DNA from: Octopus sinensis
Lineage: Eukaryota
DNA length: 64,000 nucleotides
Direction: 5' to 3'
NCBI RefSeq assembly: GCF_006345805.1
Contig: NC_043009.1
Span: 33,976,001-34,040,000, forward strand
The notes under the pieces are model-generated. The model saw nothing but the letters and a program-made list of their open reading frames with translations, made no database searches and had not been told where the DNA came from. A program made the position numbers and the translations under genes. Positions 23,441 to 35,618 of this stretch are shown in pieces (within the stretch, counting starts at the first letter, position 1; every line of letters begins with the position of its first letter).

Positions 23441-24391
23441 TAGCAAATATTCTGCTCAATACCACAGATTTGTTTGTCAGTTGTTTTGCCTTAACCAGTT
23501 GAGCATGTCCCTCAATGGCTGATGATATGTGCACCTTTGATCACAAGCAAAAGTTGTGGGGGTGCGTCATAGCCACGTGTTGAAAGAAATTCTTTGGGGT
23601 TTAGATAATTCACCTTTGGAAACATGGGTGTTTCATTCAACTTCCTTAAACAACCCTTATTCAGGGATCTTGTGAGTGTGATGGGCTACTCAACCTGAAG
23701 AAAATTCTAATGAACCCCACTTGCAAGGTCATATGCTGTTTATCTTGATATGAGATCACAGTGTCACACACATATGGCTGTGATGCATGTGCCTGGTGTA
23801 CCCTTATCAGACAGATAGTCATGATGAGTACCAAAAATCCTTGAGTATAGTCCGCCTTGAGTATAATACGCAGGGGATTTTTAGGAGGCTGTACCCCTGA
23901 CAAACCTAAACCTTGTGTATAATACGTACCACTTCTCTAACTTGAGTCATGCATAATTAAGCCAGTAGCACCGAGTTGAACAAACACTTCTGCGCATGCG
24001 TAATACAATAATGGGAATGTAAATATGTTTGCAAATTGTTTTTGTTATATGTTATACTGTGATCTGAATACTATTATTTTAATAAATGTTGCTTACTGCA
24101 AGTTATGGATGATTCTTTTATGGCTTCATTGCTTTCAGGCTTAGCTTCAGGTATTTTTGTGCCCAACATCACAAAATGCCTCTGAATAAACATTGCTGGA
24201 CAGCAAATAGAGACTCAGACATTGTTTAGAAAATATTTTTCATTTTCAACCTCGTATATAGTACACACTAAGGATTTTGACCTTCAAATTTTGGGAAAAA
24301 AGTGCGGATTATACTCAAGGATTTATGGTATACTGGGCTTCATATATTTTACCCCAGAGTTACTTTGATGGTATGCACTGCTCTCTCACTC
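23441..24391. mobile_element. Unclassified repeat bounded on both sides by (AAT)n-type tracts
   Basis: Starts right after the 23370-23440 AAT/GAT tract and ends ctctctcactc|aataataat; interrupted by a TA-inserted MITE. Confidence 0.55.
23831..24328. mobile_element. Tc1/mariner-pogo-type MITE
   Basis: TIRs ccaaaaatccttgagtatagtccgc and gcggattatactcaaggatttatgg (two mismatches); TA duplication at 23829-23830 and 24329-24330. Confidence 0.85.
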
Positions 24392-24437
24392 AATAATAAT
24401 AATAATAATAAGAAGAAGAAGAAGAAGAAGAAGAAGA

Positions 24438-27400
24438 CAAAAGTCAAAATCAAGTAACATTTAATAATACCACACATTTGTAGGAGCAAAAATGGCAGAT
24501 TTAAATAAATAACGGTTATACTGTTGCCATGGCTACAAAGGTTAGCTACAACAATACAGATCAAGGCACTATGGATGGTAACTAATGATGAGCAATGCTG
24601 TAATAGCAAGGGTAAAGTAACTTTAACAGTATTAGTGGCAGAGACAACAACCGTTTCTACATCTGCTACAATACAGGGCTCAATACTAATAATTTTAATG
24701 TAGCACAAATATGTCTTACGAAACAAAGAGGAAAACTACAATAATACACCAAATTGCTTGTCCTATGGTTAATCTGGAAGCATGTCCTCCAGTAGAGAGC
24801 AAACCTGGGGATAAAAAGTCATCCATTAGCACAAACACTTCTCTGAATACAAACCTGGATGGTCACTTGAATGGAAACTGCCCTAACTCAAACCTTCCAA
24901 GTCCACCACTACACCCACCACAGAAAGAAAAATGTGAGTGGATCAAATGGACCCAAGAAGAGTATACAGAAGTAATATACGCCTATTACTATGCATTAGG
25001 CAGGCTACCTGAAGAGAAACACCACTGCACACCCTTATCAAATATGGAGAACATGAAATCAAGACAGCAAACTATATTCGGATGAAAACAAGAAAGCAAA
25101 TGTTAGGAGGGATATTTTCAGAAATAAAAGGCTCACAGATAGTAAAATAATGACGATCAAACAAGCAGTGGAAAATGACCTAAATATAAGACAGAAAGAA
25201 AATGAAGAACTAGACAAAGAGAGTAAATCTCCATGAGTCTCAATTGAAAGATTACCATTTGACCAGAACATGCAAACATCTGGAGACATAAATTGTAATG
25301 AACCTGATAAAGATAGCAAGGAAAGTGGCAAAGAAACAATATTTGAAGATTATACACTTACTGAAGAACATAGAGAGTCTATGATAGAAATGAAGAAGAA
25401 AATCATGAATAAGCTTGCAGTTGGAAGATGCACCAATATGCAGATAGAGAACCACTTCATAAACTCTCAAATACAATCCAAAATAGAAAACAAATTGAAA
25501 TTGGAAACTATGTAACAAAAGAAATTATACAAGAACTAAAACTAGATCTCACTAAATTAAATGAAATTATTTACACAGCTGCTAAGACAATTGAAACTAG
25601 TTGTATGCTTCTGAAAAAACAAAGAAATACAAACCTGAGAAGAATTTCAAACTGAAAAAGTAAAATTGAAAAAGAGATTAAAATAATGAGAGGCGAAATA
25701 CCAATATTGAATGAACTAATCTGTAGAAACGATGTAAAAACCAGAAAAGGAAGATAGATGAAGAGAAAAAATAAATTTTCACCGAGAGAAGAACTACTTT
25801 CAGCGAAAGAAACACTGTGACAAAACGTCCAAGCAAAAGCTCAAAGAATGTGAAAATTTGAGAAGAGAAACAAATTTTACAAGAAAAATAAGCTGTTCAC
25901 ATCCAATGCGAAAACATTCTATAGAGAAATAGGGAAGGAGAAAATAACCATTGAAGACCCCACCACCTGCCATGGAAGAAGTTGAAAACTTCTGGAAAAA
26001 TATCTAGAGTGATGAAAAGACTTACAATGAAAATGCAGACTGGATTAGACGCACAGAAGGATCCTGCCAAAACTTACTAGAACAAGCATGGGAAAACATC
26101 ACAAAAGCAAATCTAATGATGACACTGACGAAGGCTCATAAGTGGAAATCCCCTGGTAATGATAGGGTGCCAAATTTCTGGTTTGCCTCGCTCCCATGTA
26201 CACATGCAAAATTAGTCCAGTTATTCAATGAAATTATGAGAGATCCTACAAAAATACCTGATTGGTTAGCAAGTGGTATTACTTAACTACTCCCGAAGAA
26301 TAATGTAACCAAATTTCCCCAAAACTATAGGGCCATAACATGTTTATCTACCATATATAAAAATTTATGGAACAGAACAATATTTTCCCCACTGAACAAA
26401 ATGGATGCTGATGAGGCTCATATGGATGTAAAGACCAACTCTTAATCAATCACATGATCCTTGAGAACTGTCATAACAAACACAGAAATCTCAGTTCTTC
26501 ATGGATTGATAATAAAAAGGCCTTTGACAGCATACTGCATTCATGGATCTTGAAATCGCTGGATATCTTCAAAATTTCTCCTTTGGTTTCAAACTTCCTG
26601 AAGCACAGCATGTCAATGTGGAATATGAATCTCCAATTATACCACTCTAATGGAGTACTGACCACAAAAATTATTAATATTAACTGCAGTATCTTCCAAG
26701 GCGACTCACTTTCCCCTTTAATTTTCTTCACAGCCCTAATACCTCTTGCAAGTGAACTTAACCCTTTTGATACCAACCCGGCTGAAACCGCCTCTGGCTC
26801 TGTAGTACAAATGTCTTGTTTTCATAAGCTTTGAATTAAAATCTTCCATCAAACCTTAGTCACAATTTATGCTCCTAACACCAGCTTAATGATAACTAAG
26901 TTATTTTACTAAGTTCTTTGTTATATTTAAAATTAATTGAAAGAAACACAGAGCATCATAAAATAAATGCGGTAAGGAAAGGGTTATCAGAATAGGGTAT
27001 GGATATAAAATTGGTAACAAGAAAATAAATCAACTATTGGATGACTTAAAACTCTATGGCAAAGATGATAAAGTTGAAGGACTACTACATACTGTGAAAG
27101 CATTCAGTGATGACTTCAGGATGGAATTTGGAATTGATAAATGTGCCAAGGCCACTTTCTAGAAAGGGAAATTGAAGACCTCACATTCAGTGGTGTAGGA
27201 TGTTGACATAGTCATAAAAGAACTTGAGCAGGAATAAACTTACAAATACCCCAGAGTAAATGAGGGCTCTGGCATTCAGCATGCAAGTATGAAAGAGAAG
27301 ATGAGAAAGGAGTATTACAAGAGAGTTCAAGCAGTCCTAAAATCCAAGTTAAATGCATGTAACAAAGTGTTAGCTATAAATTCTTTAGCAGTTCCGGTTG

Positions 27401-28758
27401 TTATTTCCAGTTTCAAAGTGTTGAACTGGAATATGAGCAAAATAAAGAAGATTGACTGGAAAATCCGTAAGCTTGCAATAAGATGTACCACCCAAAGGCA
27501 GACACAGACTGTCTTTACCTACCCAGAGCTTAAGGAGGTCAAGGCTTGATCCAGTTTGAAATCTCCCACAAAACCACTACAATTGGACTGGCAAAATATC
27601 TTGAAACATCTCATGACTAGATATTAAAGCTCATTGAAAACCATGAAAGATGCAAGAAGCTTCGTCCTGTTATGAAGGAGAACAAAAATTTTTCAAGTGA
27701 GTTTATGCATAATACCCAGGTTGAACAGCATGATGGAAGTGTGGCAACTGTAGTTGAAAAGAAGGTGAAATCAATAGCAAAGCAAAATGCATTTGAACTG
27801 ATAGGTGGGAACAAAAACCTCTGCATGGCAAATATGTGTCCCGTAGCAAACAAGCTGATGCAGACCAGAAGTACACCCATCAGTGGCTATGGAGCTCAGG
27901 GATAAAGGCAGGGAATAAAGGCTTTATCTTGGCTGCCCAAGATCAGAGCTTATTGACCCAGAACTATCAAGCCAATGTGATGAAAAATGATGTAGACCTA
28001 AAGTGTTAATACTGCAATGATGGGATAAAAACAGAGGACCACTTAATCTGGATGTAAGGTTTTAGCACCTGTAGAGTATAAATCAAGACATAACAGAGTT
28101 GGCCAATATCTACATCGGATAATGTGTTGGCATTATAAAATCAAAACAGCTGACAAATGGTCCAAGCACCACCCTGAGGCTGTAACTGAGGGAGAAAATG
28201 TAAAGATTCTTTGGGACTTCCCAGTATGTACAGACTGGACTATCAAAGCAAATAAACCAGATATTATTGTGAAAGACCAAAACAATAAAGTCTGTTTATT
28301 GATTGATGTGAGCATACCTTGTGACTATAATATCTCGGCAAAAGAATTTGATAAGCTCAGAAAATATAAAGATTTGCTAATTGAAATCGAAAAGATGTGG
28401 CATCTCAAGACGGTCACAATACCAGTGATTGTAAGAGCACTTGGAATGATAAAAAAAAAAGAACTGAAAATTATTTAAGAATCACCCCTGACTTACCATC
28501 CATGCAGAAAGATTGTCTTAACTGGCACATCACATGTATTGAGAAGAGCATTATCGCTGTAAATTTTCTTTCCTTTTTCCACCTTTATTTTGTTTACTTT
28601 CTTATTTTTTATTTTTCTCTCTATCACATGACTTTGTAAATGGACAATCTGGTGTGTTTATTTTAATGGCCTACCAATGCATATAGTACATTTCTCTGCC
28701 CTAAATGTCAGGAAGACACTCGACAAGAAATGGAAACAGAACTGAAAGAAGATGCTGC
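24438..28758 (+). mobile_element. Near full-length degenerate R4/Dong-clade LINE with restriction-like endonuclease
   Basis: N-terminal KWTQEEYTEVIYAYYY; RT motifs WKSPGNDRVPNFW, NYRAITCLSTIYK, KKAFDSILHSWI, IFQGDSLSP, ..DDLKLYG, MEFGIDKCA; degraded CCHC finger near 28010-28070; RHNRV; PDIIVKD..LIDVSIP..KLRKYKDL. Flanked by (TAA)n on both sides. Confidence 0.92.
26762..26983. mobile_element. piggyBac-type MITE inserted in the Dong RT
   Basis: TTAA|CCCTTT...AAAGGG|TTAT; removing it restores ...ASELN-RIGYGYKIG in frame. Confidence 0.85.
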
Positions 28759-28800
<42 letters not shown>

Positions 28801-28878
28801 TAATAATAATAATAATAATAATATAATAATAATAATAATAATAATAATGATAATAATAATAATAATAATAATAATAAT
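28759..28878. repeat. (TAA)n microsatellite at the Dong 3' end
   Basis: Directly visible. Confidence 0.95.
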
Positions 28879-30525
28879 GGGAATGATAATAATGCTGCTG
28901 CTGTTGATGATGATGTCTGAGTTAGGAAGATATCTGGAAAGATTTACAGGCAGTTACTTAAGGACAAACTGACACACCCAAACTTAGACATCTAGGGCCA
29001 GGCACTGGAAGAGTAGGGGAGGACTACATTAAACAGGAATGATTTAAAAATGTTAACGTCCCACCATCAAGCTAACCCTAATCATACAGATCAGACGAAT
29101 GATCAAAAGTGTTCCAGCCATTACCATCCATTTTTATATCCCAAAGAACATTTTCAATATTTCTTTTGCTTTCAAAAGATAGGTGATTTGGGGGTGATGG
29201 CTATAGTGGTTATTGATGTTATGGTCATTGTAGTTATAGTGATGTTAGTAATATTGATGGCAAGGTTGATGATGATGATATCTCACTTGCTATACTGTTA
29301 CAATCGTCTTACAACCAACCAATGGTTATCAGCCTATGAAATGCTGTTCTACTTATTACAAGACTGAATATATTTACTAACATACCCATGTTGTCAAAAC
29401 TGCAGAGTTTTATTAATGATAGAAAATGGTGCATCCAAACAATCGGAGAAACCACTGACAAATGTCATCAATCCAGTAGATATACGTTCATATGCAGAAT
29501 TGATTAACTTGAATAATCTGATACAGTTGTGATGTCTTGGCTGAAAATATTATCATATATATATATATATGAAACATCTACTATTCTATGCTCACATGGT
29601 TCAGACAGATTCTGTACAACCAGATGTCATTCCCATAACCAAAACATTCCAAATATTTCACTTTACCCAGACATGATCACATGGAAGATTGGAAACACAT
29701 AACAATTCTTGCATAACAGTGACACTCATTTACAACTACTTCTTGATGTCAAAGCAAAGAGACAAGAAAAAAAAAGACACACACACACACACATATATAC
29801 ATCAAGTTAATTGTTGGTGTAAACATGAAGCTCTGATGATTTCATGAGCTAGCTTTCTTTATTTCTATTGATTTGTGAATATATAATTGCATTGTATAAT
29901 GCCAATAGTACATATTAATGCACATGTGTTAGCATAAAATTTTTTTCCTTAAATGTCTTTTTCCTTAAATGTTTATTCCTTGAGTTTTTTATTCCTTAAT
30001 TTTTTTATTTTATTTTTTACTCCTTAAATTTTTAATATTCAGTTATTATTTTTAGTTATTATTTGTATTTCTACCCATTTGTACATGTTAAGTAAGATTA
30101 TATTGAAGATATAGAGCATCATGGAACTATATAAGAGATAGGGGTAGTGAAAATGTCGAGGAATCCAGACCTGAAGATTGGGAGTATGTCGACCCGAATA
30201 AGTATTGAAACTAGAAACCTCGTATCTAATCAATACCAAAGTACTTTCATGAAACCTGTGTAGTCTTATAAATGGAAAATACAGGATTCAGTATAGATAT
30301 AGTTAGTATAAGATTTAATTTACAACTTTTTATGGAGTGCTGGGTCTAAAACCTTTCAGTGTTGATTGAACTGCAGGTGGATCTGTCTCTAAAATTACTT
30401 TTATATATACGAATTAAACATTGAGAGATGTTCATTTTAATACATCTAATTTGAATGCCTTTTTCCTGTGTACTTGGAAGTAATAGTCCCCAATAATTAT
30501 AATATACATATATATACATACATAC

Positions 30526-30556
<31 letters not shown>

Positions 30557-31171
30557 CATAAATATATATATACATACATATATATACATATAAACACATA
30601 CATGCATATATACATACATACATATCTATATAATAAATCTCAATGTCTGTGTGTCTGTACATCTATAGGATGAAAAGGAATAGAAGATACATAAAAACAA
30701 AGTATGTGTTCTCATGCAAAATTTTATGAGAAAGACAATAAGCTACATAAAATTTACTATCCATTGCGATTAGGGGGCTTAAAGTGGGGCAAACACCCCC
30801 TGTGAAATTTCAAATACCTCCGATTTCAATGAAAATAACAACATAACTACTAGGTACTAAATAAAGATGATTTCCAAAATTTCGCCATCTTACAATATTA
30901 TTTAACCCCACTAATGGGTTTTATAACACAGGACAGAGCCCCTTGAAAGTGCAAATACATCCACTTTTCAGGAAGATACATAAAATTTAAGTATGTCTTC
31001 TTGGAATAAGTGTACTACAAAACTTCAACAATGCATATCTTTGCAACATAATTTTATGCATTAGAAAAGGAATATTTTAATAAGCAAAACATACTTAGTT
31101 TACCATATCACCGTCAGTCTGAACACCTGTCTCATCAGTTGAGTGTATACCAATACAACGATTGACAGTGA

Positions 31172-31173
31172 TA

Positions 31174-31216
<43 letters not shown>

Positions 31217-31223
31217 TATATAC

Positions 31224-31259
<36 letters not shown>

Positions 31260-31432
31260 TTATATATATATATATACACACACACACATATATATATACA
31301 TATATATATATATACACACATATATATACACACACACACATATATACATATACACACATATATATACACACACACATATATATATATAATATATATATAT
31401 ATATACACACATATATATATATACACACACAC

Positions 31433-31470
<38 letters not shown>
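31172..31470. repeat. Compound (TA)n/(CA)n microsatellite
   Basis: Directly visible; source of the YIYI/HTH pseudo-ORFs. Confidence 0.95.
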
Positions 31471-31738
31471 CTTTTTTTGCTAGCATGTAGGTTTATGAAA
31501 GTTACAGCTTCTATATAATTGAATCTTTTGTAGCAGAATATCCGCAAGTTCTTACTGCCAGGCTTCGGCCCAAAAAGTTATAATACAGTCTAATATACTA
31601 TTGAACTCAATACTCGTTTTATCCTTATAAAAATATTGCATATACAACAGTCGTTGAACTACACATACATATATACATACATACATATACATATATATAT
31701 AGGTACAAGAGTAGCTGTGTGGTAAGTAGCTTGCTTAC

Positions 31739-33806
31739 CACACTGAAGAAGATAGCCGACTGTGTTTAACCAGAAGAAGCTGCTGCAAGGAGAGTCCTTG
31801 CTACATGAAGTCACGTCTCTCATGAAATATTGAACTTTGAGGCTCGACTACAGGTAGGCATTTGTTGTATTTTTTTGAGGGCTTAGTGGAGTTTGTTGCC
31901 CTGTATTGAATATTTTTTGGTGAGCAACAGTCTCCACTCTGCTCCAGACATTTGCGTGCCTGTGGTCATGCGTAAAGACTCACTTTGCAATGAGAATTGT
32001 GTTTTTGAGGAGGTGTAGCCACTCCGCAAAAATTAATTTGCTTCTGAAATTGTCTTTGTGTTTTCCACTGGATTTACCACGGAGTAGCAAGGCAGGAAGG
32101 ACTAATTGTGCTGTGACTGGAGTACCTGTTTCATTGCGGATTACCAGAGTTGCGGAATTGTGTTGCCGTTGATTGAACTGTCTTCCTTCGTTCTTTTTCT
32201 CTGCTCTGTCTTTCTGTTCTTCTTTTTTGTGTTTATTACTGTACTTTTATTTAGAACTTTGAACTTTTTGGTTGAACGCTTTTTCTTTTTTTGTGTGTTT
32301 TAAAATCATGGCAACAAAAAACCCCCACTGTGTTGGAGTGGGAAATTGTGCCCCCCAAGCAGTGGATAGAGGACCGAAATGAGAGAATGGTGGTGTTAAG
32401 GACGTACTCCAAGTCCCTTGAGACCATCACTGTATTCTCGCAGGTCAAGATTGAAAAAGAGTTGGCAGAATACCTGCCAACTATCAAGTATATTGCAAGG
32501 GGTGTCAAATTCGCAACAGTGTGGTTGCTGTTTGACACCCCTAAAGAGGCTAGCATGTTCGCTAGTCAGCCCCTGGAAGGGGAAAAGATTTTGTTCCTCC
32601 CCACATATCGTGGGAGGAAATTGAAAAGAGTCTGGGTGAGTGGGCTGCCACCCGGAATAGAGCCTGAGTGGCTAGAGGATACTATCCGCCAGGGTCTGGG
32701 TGGCAGTGGAACCAGACCCTTGAATGTTAGAATGCTTCCTGTGGCTGATTGGGTGGGGTCGAAAGCAATTTTGACCATATGGACCCAATCAGCCAAACAT
32801 CTGGTCTTCCCAGATTTTCTAAAGATGGCCGGTTCTAGGTATCCGGTGACTTTTGAGGGATGCCCCCCACCCACCCACAAGTGTCACCTGTGCCTGGAAT
32901 CGGGCCACATCAAGAAGAATTGCCCCAACAACCATGCAAGGGCACTGGAAAAACTAATAGAGGAGGATGTTTTTCCTCCAACAGAGCTTCCTGAGTATAT
33001 AAAGGAAGGAGATGTAGAAAAAGTCAAGGAGGAGGTAACCCCCTTGAAAGGAAAAAAAAGGTGGACAATGGTTGCCCACCGATGGATCCCAAGGCGGCGG
33101 GAGGGAAGGAGGGATCTATGGACAAGCCGGAGGAACCTCCCCCTCCCGACGTGAAAAAGGAAAAAACAAGAAAAGAAAGAAAAACGGGGCATCACCGGCA
33201 GTTGCTGGTGCACCGTTGACATGTTCTGAAAGCCCTTCGGTGGAACATGAGCCACCGGAAGTGGGGAAGAAGAAGGCCCCTCCCAGTGGAAATGTTGAAG
33301 AGCATGTGATCTTCTATCTCAGGGGAGGGGCTGTAGAGAACTATATAGAAAGTTCTTGTGATAGTCGGGACTTAATAGACTTGACTTGTATTCCAGAGTG
33401 GCCTCCGCAGGTGGCTGCTCGTGTACTGGAAGAAAGGAACCTCTATCACATAATGGACTCCTTCTCAAAGGAAGAGTATAGACCATGTGTAAAGGACCCC
33501 AACTTACGGCTGCTGGAATGCCTGCAGGAAGCAAGAAAATTTATTAAAGACTCATTGATGTAATTGTTTTTAGTTGTAATGGACATTTTAGTCCATAAAA
33601 GTGTTATAGAATTGTAAGAGGTTTAATACCTCATTTAGTATTTTTAAAAAAACAATGTTTTAGAGAAGCAAAAGTCGGCGGGCACTTTTCGTCTTCTCCC
33701 ATTCTTATCATCCTTCTATCATTATCATTCACCTCATTAATGTCCTTGTCTAGCCCACAAGCTACCTTACTCTATGTACTGCCTTTATGGCAAATTTGAT
33801 AAAATA
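31739..33806 (+). mobile_element. ORF1-only non-LTR retroelement (L1/Tx1-like, HAL1-type architecture)
   Basis: Perfect 15-bp TSD aagtagcttgcttac (31724-31738, 33807-33821); about 570-bp 5' region, a single gag-like ORF, about 245-bp 3' region ending aaaataaa; no EN or RT motifs. Confidence 0.8.
32308..33563 (+). pseudogene. gag-like ORF1 protein with CCHC zinc knuckle, frameshifted in A-rich runs
   Basis: ATG at 32308 joins the long ORF if one A is removed from the A run (MATKTPTVLEWEI...); CHLCLESGHIKKNC fits C-X2-C-X4-H-X4-C; RRM-like RVWVSGLPPGI segment (inferred); Lys/Pro-rich linker; stop at 33561-33563. Confidence 0.8.
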
Positions 33807-33951
33807 AAGTAGCTTGCTTACGAACCACATGATTCTGGGTTCAGATCTACTGCGTGGCACCTTGGGCAAGCGTCTTCTACTATAGCCTCGGGCCGACCAA
33901 AGCCTTGTGAGTGGATTTGGGTAAACGGAAACTCAAAGAAGCCAGTCATTC

Positions 33952-33989
<38 letters not shown>

Positions 33990-34208
33990 GTATGTGTGTC
34001 TGTGTTTGTACCCCACCATCGCTTGACAATCTATGTTGGTGTGTTTACGTCCACATAACTTAGCAGTTCGGCAAAAGAGACCACCAGAATCAGTATTAGG
34101 CTTACAAAGAATAAGTCCTGGGGTCAATTTGTTTGACCAAAAGCAGTTCTCCAGCATGGCAGCAGTCAAATGACTGAAACAAATAAAAGTATAAAAGAAT
34201 ATATACAT

Positions 34209-34660
34209 CAGTGGTGACTCCAGCTCTCGGGCTGTTCAGGCTTAGCCCAAGTATGAATTTAGTAAAGTGAACATGTATTTGCAAGCTTATTTGATTTCTG
34301 CCAAAACTCACTTCAAGTATGTAATTGCAGCCAATAACTTGCGTTTTACTTCAACGTCTGGTGGTCATCTTACAAGTGCCCTGCGTCAAAACATATCATT
34401 ATATGGCAGATGTTCTTTTGACATCATTCACATGTGCCTGACTCGGGCTCAGAAGTTATAGCCTAAGCTGTTACCTATAATCGTAAAAAATAAAAGTAAT
34501 TCAAATTCAATGTTTTCTAGAAACATTAAATTTCTATAAAGATTAGGATTTAAATTCAAATCTATGAAAAGTTTCCATTCTACAAACGAAACGAAAAATC
34601 ATCCAGCAACTCATACTAATACAAACTTGCCTGGTAGGTGTAAAAGACTAACTGTGTTGG
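34209..34660 (+). repeat. Unclassified dispersed repeat starting CAGTGG, copy 2
   Basis: Colinear with 9637-10130. Confidence 0.65.
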
Positions 34661-35000
34661 GGACATGGCAAGCCAACAGTTATTCTGTGAGTTATCATCT
34701 GATCCTGGTAGAAATGTTTCTCGTCTGAGAAACACCAAGGCATGTTCATTTGGAGATGTTTGAGTTTGTTCAAAAGCTTCATAGCGTGATCTTTCTTCTT
34801 GTCCTTCATAACTTGGGACAGAAAATTGGCCCTTTCTCATCTTGTATGAGGAATACGAAATGTCTTCATGCACTACCTGCCTGATAAGAAACCCAGACAC
34901 ACCCATGTCTCTAGCAATGGACCTGATTGACTTGGAGGGATTGTTGTGAATCATGGTCTGGATCTCACCAACAAATTCAGAAGTTCTTTTCTTATCAGAA
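34660..35000 (-). pseudogene. Tc1/mariner (maT-like) transposase fragment
   Basis: PSKSIRSIARDMGVSGFLIRQVVHEDISYSSYKMRKGQF followed by a FSDEK-like motif. Confidence 0.75.
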
Positions 35001-35613
35001 CGATCAGAGAGTTTTCCAAGCTATGACTAGTAACCGAGACATTTGGAAATATGCTGTGCTTGAGAAGACCTGGCAAGCCAAATGAAACCATAATTTTGTG
35101 GCCTATGCCAGGGGTGTAACCAGCCCACCTATGCGTACTTTCTCTTCATTGGACACTGCTTGCGAAGACCTGTTGAGGCAAGTGAAATTGAAATCAGATT
35201 CGATGACTGGCATCTGTGTAAGTGGAGCACTAAGAGCACCATCCAAGCATGATCGTTTCCAGAGCAGCTAACTGGCACCTGTGCCAGTGACATGCAAAAA
35301 GCACCATTCGAGTGTGATCATTACCAGCGTTGCCTTATCGGCACTTGTGCCAGAGTGCAGGTGGCATGTAAAAAAAAACACAATTTGGGCATGGGCGTTG
35401 CTAGTATTGCCTGGCTGGCCCTCATGCCGGTGGCACGTAAAAACACCAACTACACTCCCGGAGTGGTTGGCGTTAGGAAGGGCATCTAGCTGTAGAAATT
35501 CTGCCAGATCAAGGTTGGAATCTGGTGCAGCCATCTGATTTGCCAGTCCTCAGTCAAATCGTCCAACCCATGCTAGCATGGAAAGCGGACGTTAAATGGT
35601 GACGATGATGATG
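35000..35613 (+). mobile_element. RTE LINE 3' end: ORF terminus, 3' UTR and (GAT)n tail
   Basis: gctatgactagtaaccgagacatttggaaatatgctgtgcttgagaagac (also seen on the minus strand near 57470-57530) continues into the gtggcacgtaaa-unit UTR, linking that tail family to RTE. Confidence 0.8.
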
Positions 35614-35618
35614 ATATA

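Larger units (their letters stand above)
31701..34200 (+). mobile_element. CORE SINE split by a 2.07-kb insertion (head 31701-31738, remainder 33807-34200)
   Basis: Head gtagctgtgtggtaagtagcttgcttac resumes at 33807 as aagtagcttgcttacgaaccacatg...ggcaccttgggcaag. Confidence 0.9.

Noticed and set aside
31100-31547. Multiple overlapping YIYI/HTH ORFs (also 12864-13071, 14042-14454, 23228-23534, 30346-30662, 36258-36692)
   Set aside because: Artefacts of stop-free microsatellites.
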